Shown piece after piece: positions 49,510 through 63,484 of a stretch of 64,000 nucleotides of DNA. Numbering within the stretch: position 1 is the first letter of the stretch; each line of letters begins with the position of its first letter. Position numbers and translations under genes: made by a program. The notes below the pieces were generated by a model, which saw nothing but the letters and a program-made list of their open reading frames with translations, was not told the DNA's origin and searched no databases. Source of the DNA: Chiloscyllium plagiosum (Eukaryota); contig NC_057719.1 in NCBI RefSeq assembly GCF_004010195.1, positions 73,991,657 to 74,055,656 on the forward strand, written 5' to 3'.

Positions 49510-49712
49510 CCACTCTGCATCAAACATGGCTGATCACTTCCACTCTTGTAGCCTGCCATGGGCATGTTGGAAAGATTAAGCAGGTTGATCGCCAACTCTG
49601 TTTGGCCACAACATGAATATTACTTGTGTGGCTAATTAGTCCCAAAGTGGGGCTTGAACCGAGAGGTTCTGGTTCAGAGGCAGCCCTTTGAGCCACAAGA
49701 CCGCCTGCGTAA
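49510..49712 (-). mobile_element. tRNA-derived SINE
   Basis: Reverse complement gtggctcaaagggctgcctctgaaccagaacctctcggttcaagcccca. Confidence 0.5.
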
Positions 49713-51120
49713 AGTGACACCCAAGTAGTGTACTGCATCAACAAGTTTCGCCAAGAGAAAGCTGTATAGTTTCAAAATTCTGAATGAATCCTCGTTAAAA
49801 GTTTTTTTTTTCTTTCTCCATTCTTTATGGAGAGATTATCAAATGTATTAAAAGAACCATAATGGATGACTACTACTTATGATGCTGTAATCGTTAATAT
49901 GCAATTACAAGGATAATTGCAAGCAAATGATTGATAACTTTGACATACATTGCAAAATCTGGCAATATGTCACCAGAGAATACAGATAAATGTTGACGCT
50001 CCTAGTTGCTGTTGTAGAAGAAATCTATCCTTCAAAATGGTAACTGTTTTTCTGTAAGGGAGTGATTGTTCAAGTGCATTGCTTCCCATATTTTATAATC
50101 ATATTTAAATCTCTATTGGTAATATTAGCTGTACTATTTATAAATAGGATCAGCATGATTCTGTATTTGGAAATAAATAGATAAGTCTGTACTTCTGTAC
50201 AATGACAAAAATACTTCTGGCCCAAGCCCAGAATCAATATTTATTATTTTAAAGGCCTGATCCGCTTGTACAAAATGCAGGATAAAATCAGAAACTGAAA
50301 ATATAGTGTAAACAGAGCCTGCATCTTGCTGCAGTTCTCATGGCTTTAAACCAGATTAGCTCTCTATCTAAATAATCTGCAGCTTGGCATTTTACTTAAT
50401 GTTGGTACTTCATGGTCTGTTCAGTTACGTAGGTGAGGAAGTTCCATACATGGTAGTATTTTTTTTTAAAATCCTGCATTTGGGATGTTTAAAAAAATTT
50501 TGGATAATGTACTTTATGTAATAACTCAAGGGCTATGAGCATATTAAAACATTGAATCTTGTGGGGTAAGGGGGATAATGAATGAAAAGTTCTCAGTTTT
50601 GCTGATTAATGCTATTCAATTTGAGACAACATCAGACACTGCACCAAAAATACACTGTGTACTAAAACCTACCGAGACGTAACTATTAATCATTATCACT
50701 AAATTGTTGCAAGCTGGGTAATTCTGGTACTGGCACAGATTCATTTGGTTTCTCCTAACGTAATTGTTGTAAATATTAAAATGTTCAATGGCTGTATTTG
50801 ACCGAACTAAACCAAGACTATTTTTAAAAGTGCGACACGCCTACCAAAAATGGCCATCAAAATTTAGTCGTCCAGGCCCATGCTGGACTTTTCTTTCTTC
50901 TGCATCAGTCCCCCAACTTTGGATGGAAGCTTTTGGCAGTTGTAACCAACAGTGGAATTAATTGAGTCGAACTGCAAATCCCATGTGATCCTTATGCCTG
51001 ACTTATTTTATGATATGTTGATCAAATTGAATGGGAAAAGCTTTCTTATTGAAGTATCTTTTGTAGTTGAGAGTAGGAAAAGAATAGCAGTTCCATTTTA
51101 ATGTCAGGACAATTCCCCAG

Positions 51121-51620
51121 TGTTATGGACCAGACCAAACCTCCTCAAACTATATTAAGAAGATAGTGTAGACCCTAACTTTTTCTTTATTTTAGGGTAA
51201 CTATAAGGCGTTGTGTTCCAGAAGCAATTCGATTAATCAAACTGCTAGGCTTGAAATAACACTTTATTCATGCACCTTAATTAAAGTACAGAGAAAATAA
51301 AACTAAGAGTTTGCTATATAATTCAACTATTACTATTCAACTGTTCCAATATAGTAACATTCCTTAAACATGCCCTTAGCAAAGGTAAATTCAGTAAAAT
51401 AGATTGTCTCGCATGCAATTCTAGCAGCCCAGGAAAAAAAACATTGAGAGCGCGAGAGAGAACAACAAATAGAAAAAGCATTCTAAGGGAGGCTGATTCT
51501 ATTCTTCCAATTCAAAAAAAAAGCCTCCCAAATTGTTTATTTTATTAGATTCCAACAGACAGGTCATTACTTCTGCCTTAAAACCTCTCTTCGAAAAAAG
51601 CTTTTTAAAAAAAAACACAC
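51121..51620. mobile_element. Solo LTR, same family as 14064
   Basis: tgttatggaccagac...gaccctaactttt start shared with 14064; right end uncertain. Confidence 0.6.
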
Positions 51621-51749
51621 AACGAATTGCACTGCACCATTCTTGGGCAGTTTTGTAAAGAACATTCTGCTTTACACAAAAAGAAGTCAGTATTATTTTT
51701 AACTTTCATATTCAGTAGCTGTGTGAAAATAATCAAAGCAATACTTCAC

Positions 51750-52820
51750 CAAGTGTAGCACCAAGCAGCTGTAGTACAATCAATGCAGACGGGAATTGGG
51801 GCAACTCTCCACCAGCTACAGTCATGCCCAGCACAAAGAAAGTGGGTTGATCTCACAACATTAAATATTTCAGACCCTGGTTATCAAAGGAGTTCCTGAG
51901 GGTGGTTCCATAGGCTCAAACCTCTATAGTTGCTTCATCAATAAAATTATTTTTGTCATAAGTTCAGAAGTGGGGATGTTGCAGCTACATGCACAATGCT
52001 TAATACATTCACAACTCCTCCGGTACTGGTCCAGTCTACAGCCTATGCAGAAATACCTGGACAAATTTCAATCTTGGGCTATTTAGTGATGAGTAACATC
52101 ACGGCACGCCAGTTAGATAATGACCATCTCCAACAAACAAGAATCCAGCTGTCCCCCATTGATATTCAATGACATTACAGTCACTGAATTCCCCCACTAT
52201 CAACATTCTGAGCTGAACTCTCCATATAAACACTGTTGCTACCAAAGTGAGTCAGAGATTCTGAACTCTGGCAAGTAACTCACCTTCTCTAAAACCTGTC
52301 CAGAGTAGGCAAAGCCCAAAATCATGAGTGCGATAGAATACTCTCCACTTCCTTGGATGAGTGTGACTCCAATAAACTTTCAGAAATTTGATGTCATGTA
52401 TGAAAATGATTAGCACCCATCCATCAACTTCAGTGTTCACTTCCTCCACCAGCAATCCACAGTGGCAGCAGTGTGCACCATGTAGGAGGTGCACTGCAAT
52501 AACCAACCAAGGCTACTTTTTGTGGAACCTTCCAGACCTATAATCTCCTCCATTTAGAAACACAAGGGCCACAGACATGTAGAATGCCACCACTTTGCAG
52601 TTCCTCTCCATGTCACAAGCCAACCTGATCTACATCCAAATTCTGTCACTCCTCAATCAAAGTCTTGGAACTTCCCCTCTTTTAGCATTGGGCGCAAACC
52701 TACAACACGTGGACTGCCATATGCTTGGGTCAAGCTTGGCACCACCTACTGAAAGGGGAAAAAAGGGATGGGCAATAGATACTAGCCTAACCAATGATGC
52801 TCACATCCCAAGAATGTATA
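51750..52820 (+). mobile_element. CR1-clade LINE (family of 4700 and 28740)
   Basis: GVPEG/GSIG, SEVGM and EYSPL motifs and tail gggatgggcaatagatactagcc. Confidence 0.7.
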
Positions 52821-53029
52821 AAAAGAATCTTGACAGATGTGCAATAAAGAGAAACTATTTCCACTGGTTGGTGAAGTTAAAAAAATCTGCATTTAACTTT
52901 CTCTCACAGCCCCGAGGAGTATGTTTTGAAAACATTTCTTCACGCAACGTCATTATAATGACGAATACATTGATTGAAATCAAGCACTTTATTTTCTTTT
53001 CTAGTTTTTCTAATACATTTTAAAGGGGA

Positions 53030-53265
53030 ATATAATAAAGTGAATTTGCATAGAGGGTGGTAGGTGCCTGGAATGCGTAGCTAGCAGAGATAGTAGAGGC
53101 GGGCACAGTAGATTCATTTAAGGAGCATCTGGACAGATGCATGAGTAGGTGGGGAGCAGAGGGATACAGATGCTTAGGAATTGGGTGATAGGTCTAGACT
53201 GTGGTTTTGGATTGGCTCAGGCTTGGAGGACCGAAGGGCCTGTTCCTGGGCTGTAAACTTTCTTT
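53030..53265 (+). mobile_element. CR1 3' end (family of 27261)
   Basis: Closely similar to 27945-28181. Confidence 0.8.
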
Positions 53266-53284
53266 AAATATTTAAAGAACAAAG

Positions 53285-53690
53285 TCATAGAATCATACAG
53301 CACAGAAACAGATACTTCGATCCAACTCATCCATGCTGACCAGGTTTCCTGATCCAAACTAGTCCCATTTGCCTGTGTTTGGTCCATATCCTATACCTTT
53401 CCTATTCATGTACCTGTCCAAATGACTTTTAAATGTTGTAACTGTACCCACCTCTACCATTTCTTCTGGCAGTTCATTCCATAAAAATACCACCCTCTCT
53501 GGTAAAAGTTGCCCTTCAGTCCCTTTTAAATCTTTCCCCTCTCACACTAACCCAGTCCCCTACCATAGGGAAAAGGTGTTTGCCATTCACTCTATGCCCC
53601 TCATGATTTTAGAAACCTCTATAAGTTCAACACTCAACATCCTACGCTGCAGTGCAGAAGGCCCTAGCTTAACCAGCCTCTCCATTTCTT
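53285..53690 (-). mobile_element. CR1 3' end, tail-to-tail with the preceding copy
   Basis: gtcatagaatcatacagcacagaaacag...ctggcagttcattcca. Confidence 0.8.
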
Positions 53691-53719
53691 TCAGTTCCAT
53701 CAAATGTAGTCTTGATTAG

Positions 53720-53955
53720 TTACTGCAATGCACTTTGTATATGTCTTTGTGGATTGGTGGTTGAAGCAATAAACACTGCAGTTGATAGATGTGGTGCCAA
53801 TAAAGTGGCCTGATCTGACCTGGATGGTGCAGAGCTTCTTGAATGTGGTTGATTCAGCAATCTGTCTTTACATGATGGACAGGCTTCGACGAGGCAGAAG
53901 GTAAGTTACTCACTGTAGGATTCCTAACCTCTGACCCCCTTTATAGCCACATTAT
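53720..53955 (-). mobile_element. CR1-clade fragment (family of 4700)
   Basis: gccaataaagtggcctgatctgacctggatggtgcagagcttcttga is antisense of KKL-TIQ..A.LIG. Confidence 0.5.
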
Positions 53956-54114
53956 TCCCCTGAGACAAAACTTCAGTATTTGAAAGAATTTGCTCGCATT
54001 AAACCCAGGAAGTTAAATTTGTGGAACAATTTATTTCCAATTCTTAGGCAACCAGATTTTCATACTTTCAGGTCAAGTACTGTGATCCTCCCTCGTACAT
54101 GATTTTCTGAAAAT

Positions 54115-54810
54115 CATTGGATAGTTACACTACAGAAGTAGGCCATTCAGTCTATTGACTCTGTGCCAGCTCTTCGCAAAAGCGTGTTAGCTTGTTCTAC
54201 TCACTGACTCTTTCCCTCAGATGCTTGTCCAATTCTCCTTTGAAAGCAATGATTGTGCCTCACCACATTTGGGGCAGCATATTCCAGATCCTAACCACTT
54301 GGTACATTTAAAAAAACTTGTGTATATAGCTTTTAACTCTTTTGCCAACAAATCTACATCTATGCCATCTGAATCTCAACCTTGCTGCAAATGGAAACAG
54401 CTTCCCTCTCTCTACTGTGTGTAGACCCTTCTTGGTCTTAACCAGCTCTATCAAATCTCCTCTTCTATAATGAGAGTAACCCCATCTTCCCTCACCTGTG
54501 AATATAAATGAAGTCTCTTATCCATGAAACATTGTCAATATTTTTTCTATGCCTTTGCTGCTGGCTGCTTATCCCAAAGTGCCTGCCTCGAATTGCACTG
54601 GAAACACGAGCTGAGGCTGACATTCATCAAAGTTTAGCCAGATTCCTCATAACTACTTGTTTTTTTTGTACTCTGTGCCTCTGTTTCTAAAGCACTAAGA
54701 TCCCACGTGCCTTGAACGATAACTCACCCTGCCCATACCTTTCAATAATTTGTGTGCATATCACCCCAGGTCCCCTGTTCCTGTACCCTTTTAGAGTGGG
54801 AACACATTTA
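54115..54810 (-). mobile_element. Old CR1 3' part
   Basis: Antisense CR1 3' UTR and ORF2 end (ggcagcatattccagatc, ccccaggtccc). Confidence 0.55.
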
Positions 54811-55349
54811 TAATTGTGAAGGGTTTTTGCTTTAAGGCATTGATTTGATAACTCTCTGATTCTCAAGCCCCTGCGGCACAAATGTGTATCCATATGTGTT
54901 CATTTTTATCCAGAATACTTATATCAGGTGAACATCTATGGATGTTTGGACTGTTGTGCTGCTGAACGAGGGTTACTTTAATGGACAGCCAGTGTTTACA
55001 CATTTCTGTGATCGTATTGCAGAGCTCAGTTGGGTTTATAACTGTATTGGCCTCTGCATCCAGATAAATCAAAGTCTGTTTTTACTAACTGGAAAGTTGA
55101 GCCTGTTGTCTGCAATTCAATCCATCTCTCCGTGAAAAGTATAAACCATGCTCTTCAAAGCTAACTTTCCCAAAGCTGCATGATGTAATTTCAATTTCTT
55201 CATAAAACTCCATAAAATGAAAAACATTGAATAATATAAAACTCTTATTGATTTATGCTTGTGTTTTATAAACAAGGTAAGTGAATATTATTTCGTCACC
55301 TCATCAGATATCTAGACAGTTCATCAGCATAGCCACTTTGTTTTTCCCC

Positions 55350-55705
55350 ATACAGTCCCTAATGTGCAGAAACAGGCCATTCAGCCCATTGAGTCCCACA
55401 CTGACCCTCTGAAAGGCACTTCATCCAGAAACATCCCCCTACCCTATCCCTGTAACCCTGCATTTCCCATGGCTAATTCACCCAGCCTGCCCATCCCTGG
55501 ACCATTTGGGGCAATATATCATGGCCAATCCACCCAACCTGTACATCATTGGACACAGGAAGGAAACTGGAGCACCCAGAGAAAATCCACACAGACATGG
55601 GGAGAATGTGCAAACTCACACAGGCAGTCACCCGAGGGTGGAATCGAACCCAGATCACTGGCACTGTGAGGTCTCAGTGCTAACCACTGAGCCACTGTGC
55701 CGTCC
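55350..55705 (-). mobile_element. HE1/V-SINE-like SINE
   Basis: gggagaatgtgcaaactc...ggaatcgaaccc...cagtgctaaccactgagccactgtgccg. Confidence 0.85.
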
Positions 55706-56831
55706 CTCAGTTCACCTTATTTGTAATTTTCCACTGAAGATTATCCAGGTCACCAGATAGTGGAATTTTCATCTCCGTTTAAGCCTAATTGGTTTCGGAC
55801 ATAGTTCTTCAGACTCACTTCCTGTGAGGCTTTGCTAACTCGCTCTTCTGGCAGAGCGTCTGTTTGAGGTATTGCCCACTCTCTGAACCCACCTTACACA
55901 TGAAACCAGCCACAGGGCTGTGATCATGACAGCTGCCTTCTACATCAATCTATTTACAGTAAATTTTGGGTGGGTGCCATTCTCCAACCCAGAAAACTAA
56001 TCAGACAGCATCCAGCCCACACATCGCAGCTGGATAGCAGTGGTTATGAGCTGCAATGGTTTTGAGTGCCATGCTGTGTGCATGTAAAATGAGAAGTTCT
56101 TCAGTTTTTCTCAGACTTGTTCTGTGTCCAGGTTTTAGATTGCTTCTGTATCCAGGCAAGTAGGTTTTTTTTGTGAGCAATGTTATAAATTTGAAAATAA
56201 AGCCATTGTACTACCCATCACCAAATAGGCAGGAAGTACTGAACTTGGGGCTAACTGTATCAAAGGATGCAGGGAGATTGTGGGAATACTGTGCTAAGCT
56301 GGATGAACAGGCAGGCTCACGTTGAATGACTGTGCAGGCTCGAATGGCTGAATGGCCTGCTGTTCCTTTCCCTTTGTTTCAGCTCGGCTCTCTGACCAAA
56401 CTCAAACCAGTGCAACTCTTTGTATTGGAGCTCAGGGACAATTTACCACTTGCATGTAAAGCAGCCAAGGCAGAGGATGCAAGGAGACACACTCATTTTA
56501 ACTGAGAGCTCTTATGATTTATCCTGTGTATGTTCCATATGTTCCACCTGAGCTGCGAGGGCGGGTGCGTACACAGCCTCTGCGAGGTTTTGCACACAGC
56601 CATCTGTGTTGGGGTCCACAAGTCGTTGCTTCAGCCAGACCTCAGATCTGCACAGGAGCAAAGAGCGAAAAATTAGAGGAAACTCTGCTGTTGGCTTATT
56701 TTCTGAGCACTGTGTCACTTTGCGCATGGTTTGGAGACCGCCATCCTCCCTAGCTTGTTTTGCTTTTTAGCGCTGAGGCAGGTAGCTTAATGCAGGTTGG
56801 AGACTGAATGGGGCAAGCTATGGCACCAGGC

Positions 56832-56954
56832 TACTGTGGGGTAAATATAGGGTAGGGGGAATGTCTCTGGGTGGGTTACTCTTCGGAGGGTTGGTGTGGA
56901 CTTGTTGGGCCGAAGGGCCTGTTTCCATACTGTAGGGATTCTAATCTAATCTAA
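56832..56954 (+). mobile_element. HE1/V-SINE-like 3' half
   Basis: ctgggtgggttactcttcggaggg...ctgtagggattctaatctaatct, as in 43147-43243. Confidence 0.8.
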
Positions 56955-57469
56955 GGCTATGCCAACATCGCATCTGCAACAATGCGATAAACACACTTCA
57001 TGCGATTGACCACATTATGAAAGTCAAAGGGAAGCGGTCCTTAGTGGGATCAAGGGGACCAATGGTCAGTCAGCGTGTGCTGCCAAGGAGCTCACGGGAT
57101 TTTAATCCAGGGGATCGACCATGGGTCCAACCTTTTGGTCAGATGCAGGCAACCTGGGGATTGTGGGCATTTCAGTCGGGGTGCCTGGAGGTGATCCAAG
57201 TTTTAATGCAGTGTGACAAAGGGAAAGATTTTAATGATCAAAGCACAGTTGGTGCAGGAGCAGGAAGTATGATAAGGTGGCCCCTTTGGGGAGCAGCAAA
57301 GCAGAAGGCCAGATGGATTAATAGCTTGGGAGGATAATGTGGACGTGATACCTGTAATATCAAGAGTTAACATCGACAAGCCTTGATGAGAGGTGTATGC
57401 AGTGGCAGAGTTACAGTAAATGCTGGCCCTGTGAATCTAAGCTGGCAGAGAGAAGATGGTAGAAATTAC

Positions 57470-57690
57470 CTTTACACAATACAGGCAATCATTGATCTTC
57501 CTATACTGCTGGCTGTTCCTATACTGCGCGGCCGTTCCATGCAGGCACAGCACTGAATGGCTGAGTTTGCTGCCATGGCATCCTTTGGCAGTCAGCAGGG
57601 AAACCTACTGCCCTGCTCCCCACCAGCCTATCCAATAGCAGCTTAGCTCTCTATCCATGAGTCGAGAGTGAGCTTCCCTTTCTGAGCCAA
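57470..57690 (-). pseudogene. Decayed Myb/SANT-like ORF exon of a PIF/Harbinger DNA transposon
   Basis: With frameshifts: LAQKGKLT-RLMDREL-LLLDRLVGSRAVGFPADCQR...RNSQQYRKINDCLYCVK|gt, matching the RF.D.EL..LLD...R..LFP / R...QCRKK.NDL pattern; the element probably spans about 55760-58250. Confidence 0.5.
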
Positions 57691-58287
57691 TTTGTCAGTG
57701 TAATGGTTGAGCCCAACAGTGCGAGGAGCACTGAAGCATCTGGAGTGGTATGCAATGTGTTTTAAATATGGCGGCAGCATTGAGAGTGCTGGACAGTCTC
57801 ATGCAGTTGTGAGCAGTTCCACCTCTCAAGCAGTGTGATCACACCAGAAACGTCAAAAAGTCCAGTTGTGTAATTACTGAAGGGAAGAGCATTCGATTGC
57901 ATGAAAAATGTTGCTGAGAGCAATGGTAGACACCTTGAATCTCACTCGATTGCACAGCAGCGATTTAACTTCTTAAAATGAGACTACTTTCCTTGTTTTG
58001 ATGTGTCCTTGACAGCACATCTTATAGCTGGAGCTTGATGTGTGCAGTTCAGATTCACCTGGGCCAAGTGAGGTTGTAATGGTATAACAGACATAACTCA
58101 ACAACGTTTCAGGCATGGAACTAAATGAGATCGGTGTGCTATCAATGGTGCATCCTGACCCCCACAGCTTCCCATTGTGGCTTCAAATGTTTCATGAAAC
58201 AGATTATTTATCAGTGACTGAATATTACCTATAACGAAAATCAGGTTTTATGAAATCTAAAGACATTCCTGTAACACAATTAAATGA

Positions 58288-58770
58288 ATCCATACAAAAC
58301 CGGTGCAGGAGTAGGGCGTTTGGGCCTTTGAGCCTGCTCCACCATCGATTATGGTTATGGCTGGTCATCTACTCAGTCACCTGGTCCTGCTTTCTCCTCG
58401 TACCCCTTTATTCCTTTAGCCCTAACAGCTATATCTATCCTTTTCTTGAAAGCCATCGCTATTTTGGCCTCAAATGCTTTCTAGAGCAGAGAATTCCATA
58501 GACTCCATTCTTTGAGTAAAGCATTTCCCTCACCTCAATTCTAAATGGCCTTCCCCGTATTCTGAAACTGTGACTCTTGGTTCTAGACTCCCTGGTCATC
58601 GGGAACATCCTTCCTGCATCCACTCTGTCTAAACCCGTTAGAATTGTAAACATTTCTATGAGGTTCCAGTGTCCCTCACCCTCCCGTATTCATCAAAACT
58701 CTGGGGGATTTAGTTGTAACTGTTCCAGTCTCTCTTCGTACATCAGTCCTGCCATCCCAGGAATTGGCAA
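58288..58770 (-). mobile_element. CR1 3' part
   Basis: ILTGLDRVDAGRMFPMTRESRTKSHSFRIRGRPF; GMAGLMYEERLEQL. Confidence 0.8.
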
Positions 58771-58789
58771 AATTATATCTTCCAATGCC

Positions 58790-59850
58790 TTGTGTAAAGA
58801 AGGCCTTTCCTCAAAATTCGACTTGCCAGAGTAGTGATTCTGTGTTGTGAACGTGGTATTTGCAATCTGCCAGTCTTGCATTTTTCCAATATTCATTAAG
58901 GGTGCCAAGATGCAAAGGGCCTGGTTGAACCTGAGGTGATCACTGGGAAGTGGTGTAGGGTTAGTTTTAAGCATACAGATTTAATGGAAGGGGCAGAAGG
59001 TGATTTCAATTTTTCAAGTGTTCAGTTGAAGGAAATAGATTGTTCAAGATTGTACGTTGAATGAGCAGTCTGATGCAGGGAGATGTTTAAGATTTGTTCA
59101 TTCAATGTACAATCTGATGCAGAGAGAAAGTGTTAATATAACCTTTTACATAACTTATTCCTGGGTGGAAGGAGTTGTCTAATGTAAGAGATGACAGGTC
59201 AGGCCTGTACTCATTACAGATTATAAGAATGAGGAACGATTGTATTGAAGTGTGTAACATCCTAAAATGAATTGATAGAATGGTCAACTGAGAAGATGGC
59301 TATTTTTATGGGAAAGATTAGAATGAGGGGGCACCGAAAATAAAAGATCATCCATTTAAAATGGAGGTGATATTTTTTCATTGGAAAATGTCAGTTTGTG
59401 GAATTCTCTTCCCCAGGCAGCAATAGAGGTATGGTCATTGAATATTTTTAAGGCTAAGCTAGTCTCTTGACAGAGAAGGCAGTTTTTTTTTTTAGATTCA
59501 ATTCCCTCTCAGCCCAACCAGTCCACTCCGAAGAGTAACTCACCCGGAACCATTCCCCTCTGATTTATGCACCTGACACAATGGGTAATTTAGCATGGCC
59601 AATCCACCTGACCTGCACATCTTTGGACTGTGGGAAGAAACCCACACAGACACAAGGAGAATGTCTGTGTGGAGTTTGCACATTCACCCGAGAGTGGAGT
59701 CAAAGCCAGGTCCCTGTTGCTGTGAGACTGTAGTGCTAACGACTGAGCCACCGTGCTGTTTAGACTGGAAAGTGGAGTTGAAACAGTTCAGCCATAATCT
59801 TACCAAATGATAAGGCTGGCTTAAGGCACTAAACAGCTTACTCCTGCTAA
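58790..59850 (+). mobile_element. Old CR1 LINE with nested V-SINE (59490-59757, minus)
   Basis: RLIPGWKELS...GLYSL...LWNSLPQA; SINE antisense catggccaatccacctgacctgcacatctttggactgtggg. Confidence 0.65.
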
Positions 59851-62755
59851 TAAATTATTTGTCATAAAAATTTCACTATTTAGAATTTTTATGTTCGGAA
59901 ATAGGTTGCTATGAATATTAATGTTCTAATCCAAATGGAAAGTGAAAATTCAGCTAATGAATGCATTTTGGTTTTTTAGTGAATTAATTTTGATACAGCC
60001 ATATTTGAAGCCTTTTTTTATGAATCTTTGTGAAGTTAACATTGATGCATGCAATATAATTCAGCAATTAATGAGGCCTTAATATTGTCAATGTTCAAAT
60101 CTACAAATGTGACAAATTGGCCCTCACTATTTGCCTACACTTTCATAAAATTGTTGCTTGTGTCCTGTTAAATTAAGGCACTCAAAGTAATGGACTTTAG
60201 TTTGTAATTTGGAAAACTCTTTTTAAAAAAAGATTGTTATTAAGTTCAAGTATTTATTTATGCTTAATAACAATTTTCTGATGAACAGGTCTTTGTTCAT
60301 TTGTAGTTTAGTAAAGAATAATTCATAAAATTGAAGCTCACTGTTACAATAAAAACGAAATCACATTCTAGTTTATTTGGATCCCTAGAGTTTTAACCTT
60401 TGTGTCTGTTCCTTTTGTAATTTGACTCAATAGTCTCTAGGTTGAATGGAATCAAATTCTGTCTTATACAGAATTATGGGGTTGCTTTGATTCTTCCTTT
60501 CCCTAATGTTTTGATCATATTCTGTCATTCCTAATATGAAAATTGCAAGTCCATGGTCTGAGTGATAATATATTACATATTTTGCTGACTCCTGGTTTAA
60601 AAGAACATCATCATTTGAAATGTCTTATCTTGAGTTCAGCTGTACAACTATTAGCATATCAATGTTTGATGGATTCATATGAAATTCCCTTCCTTTAAAT
60701 ATTCGTATTGGTCCAAAGAGATTTGCTCCTATTCAAAGGTTCCAATATGAAGATATCTTTCCCACTGAGGAATTTGACTTCGGAAGTAATTAAAGCTTCC
60801 ACTGGCCTGAACCAACTTGAAATCAGATTCACCTCCCCTCCTGTTGCAAAAGAACTTACAGAAATGTTTAAGCACACACCTCTGTCTATTAATTGTGGCA
60901 TCATATTATTCTATATTGCCCATTTAAAATGTTAGAAATATTGTTGCTATATATAAGTATCTTGACAGGATGATGCATTTTAAATGGCAATATGATTAAA
61001 AAATCGTATTAACAAAATAATACATTTATTCAATAAGGTTATGCTGCCTGAATGTGGACAAACAAACTTTATTTAATGCAAGTGAGAAAAGTTGTTTTAT
61101 CATTTTGTGACGAGGTTTTTTTGGTCTTTGGTATGTTCGATATCCACTATGGATGTGCACAGTTCCTTTGAACAATCTGGTTTTTTTTTGCCAAGAATCA
61201 ACCACTCAAAAGGGATCGCAATGATATTGGAGACCAAGTGGCCTTCTATCCATTTTTTTTCTGAGATATTATGGAAGTGCTATCACAATCAGAATTTTTC
61301 CTAATGTTATTCTCATCCATCCTGATGATGCTACATCTCTTGGTTGTTTAGTTTCACAGATTTTTCTCACTGTCTGATTCATAATCTTTGACTGATTAGC
61401 CATCGTTCATGGCTTTTGATGGACTGTGTCCCTAAAGAAGGTATCTTTCTCACAGTTCTCACAATGGTATATCAGAGCAGCATTCAACAGCAGAACCCAA
61501 GCTGATGTTCTATTAAGAATTAATCCCATTGACAATTTGTCTATTTATCGCTAAAATGCCTGCAAGGTACATCATTCTTTTGGTGTAATGGAAAGCCAAC
61601 CAACAACAACAAAAAAACGCATGAACCATTCTGCGATCGGATTGTGCAGCAACCTGTGCATGAGCTGATAACACAAATGTCATTTGCAAAGGTTTCTGCT
61701 GCGGAAATGGCCTGGGCTGCAGTAGATTATTCATTTGAAAAGTGAGTGAACCGAATTTTGATACAGAGGGGTAGCTCTGGTGAGTAGAGCATGAAATGGT
61801 TTTGAAGTATTCAGCAACATGACGAAAGAATGGTATGAAATAAGATAGCAGTACTGTTTAGTTTCACTGATCATTTTGATGTTTAGGTGGAGAGGAAGCT
61901 GCCAACTGACCGCACCCCAGCTCCTCGGATTGACGAGGAAGCGAGTGATCAAGATTGATGACTGAAGCTGGGAGGATTTGGAGGATTGTTAAGTCAATTT
62001 AAAAACTCCAATTGCTTTCCAAAAATGATTCTTGTGTGGCCCCCAATTATTAACTTTATTGGTGTTTCGTGACTGCGCATAAAACACTCCCTTCTTAATG
62101 CCAAAGACAGGCATCAAATTGCTTGTTCTTAAGGTATTTGCTGATAAAAGAAATGTCGACTTTAGATCAAACAGATTATGACTGTGCATCGGAAGCTGAG
62201 GCCATGAAGTGCTGGTTCTTTCAGTAGGCTTAATGTGGTTAGAACAGATGTCTGAATGCTTTCTACTACAAGAGAAGGCAAAGGTTGTAGAGGTTCGAAC
62301 TCCGCCTATTGTATAACATAAAGCAAACTGGAATCATCGTTTCAAACTATTCACAGGTCGGGCAAAAACAAGCACGTGGCACGTGTGATAGTGTAAACCC
62401 TTGTGATACTTATAGTGTCCTTTGTAGATCAAAAGCCGTATTCCTAATTTTATTAAGCCTTAATATCTTTGTCAATTTATTATTTATAATCTAGAATTGT
62501 TCTAGTTTAATCAAGTGGAATTGCATTTTTGATCCTCATTTTATGGGTAAACGGCTTTTTAAAACATATCAAGTTTGAACAATCTTGCAAGGTTTGCTTT
62601 AACACTTACCTGTATCTTTATATTTTAAACCACATTATAATCCAGTTTCATTTTCAAATAAGTGGGATCACTGTTCTGCCTGAATAAAGGCTTTATATTA
62701 ATTTAATATAAGCCTAAGCAAAGTCAAACTTGAGATCATTTTAAAAGGTAAATAG

Positions 62756-63130
62756 TCATCGAGTCATAGAAACGTACAGCATGGAAACAGACCCTTCGGT
62801 CCAACCTGTCCATGCCAACCAAATATCCCAACCCAATCTAGTCCCACCTGCCAGCACCTGGCCCATATCCCTCCAAACCCTTCCAATACATATACCCATC
62901 CAAATGCCTCTTAAATGTTGCAATTGTACCAGCCTCCACCACTTCCTCTGGCAGCTCATTCCATATATGTACCACCCTCTGCATGAAAAGTTGCCCCTTA
63001 GGTCTCTTTTATATCTTTCCCCTCTCATCCTAAACCTATGCCCTCTAGTTCGGGACTCCCCGACCCCTGGGAAAAGACTTTGCCTATTTACCCTATTCAT
63101 GCCTCGCATAATTTTGTAAATCTCTATAAG
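62756..63130 (-). mobile_element. Young CR1 3' end
   Basis: MRGMNRVNRQSLFPGVGESRTRGHRFRMRGERYKRDLRGNF. Confidence 0.9.
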
Positions 63131-63484
63131 ATTTGAATCCTTGTTTGAAAATCGGTGTAGTATTCAAATTCCAACATGTCCACTTTTTCTGCCTGTAATT
63201 AAACGATAAGCTAAGTATTTGAATTATTCTGCTTCATAATAATATAATGTGATTTATTTTTTCAAGAGGAAAAATAAATGCATTCTGAATAAACATCATT
63301 AAGACGTGTAAGCTGGCTTTATTTTCATTGTATAGCAATTACTGTTGGTATTTCTGATAGTATTGAGTCTCATTTATCATAGTCCTGTCTGTTTCTCCCA
63401 CCTATAGTTAGAAAAACTCCTTTAAATTATATTGTTTAAATATCTTCTATTTTCTCTCATTCTTTGTTTTAAAAAAAATCAACA

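Noticed and set aside
53260..53279. Perfect 20-bp palindrome ttctttaaatatttaaagaa between tail-to-tail CR1s
   Set aside because: AT-rich and low in complexity, at a repeat junction; nothing indicates function.
61887..61960. Possible exon after gtttAG (VERKLPTDRTPAPRIDEEASDQD*)
   Set aside because: Short, terminates in a stop, has no similarity to CRIM1 and has a weak acceptor.
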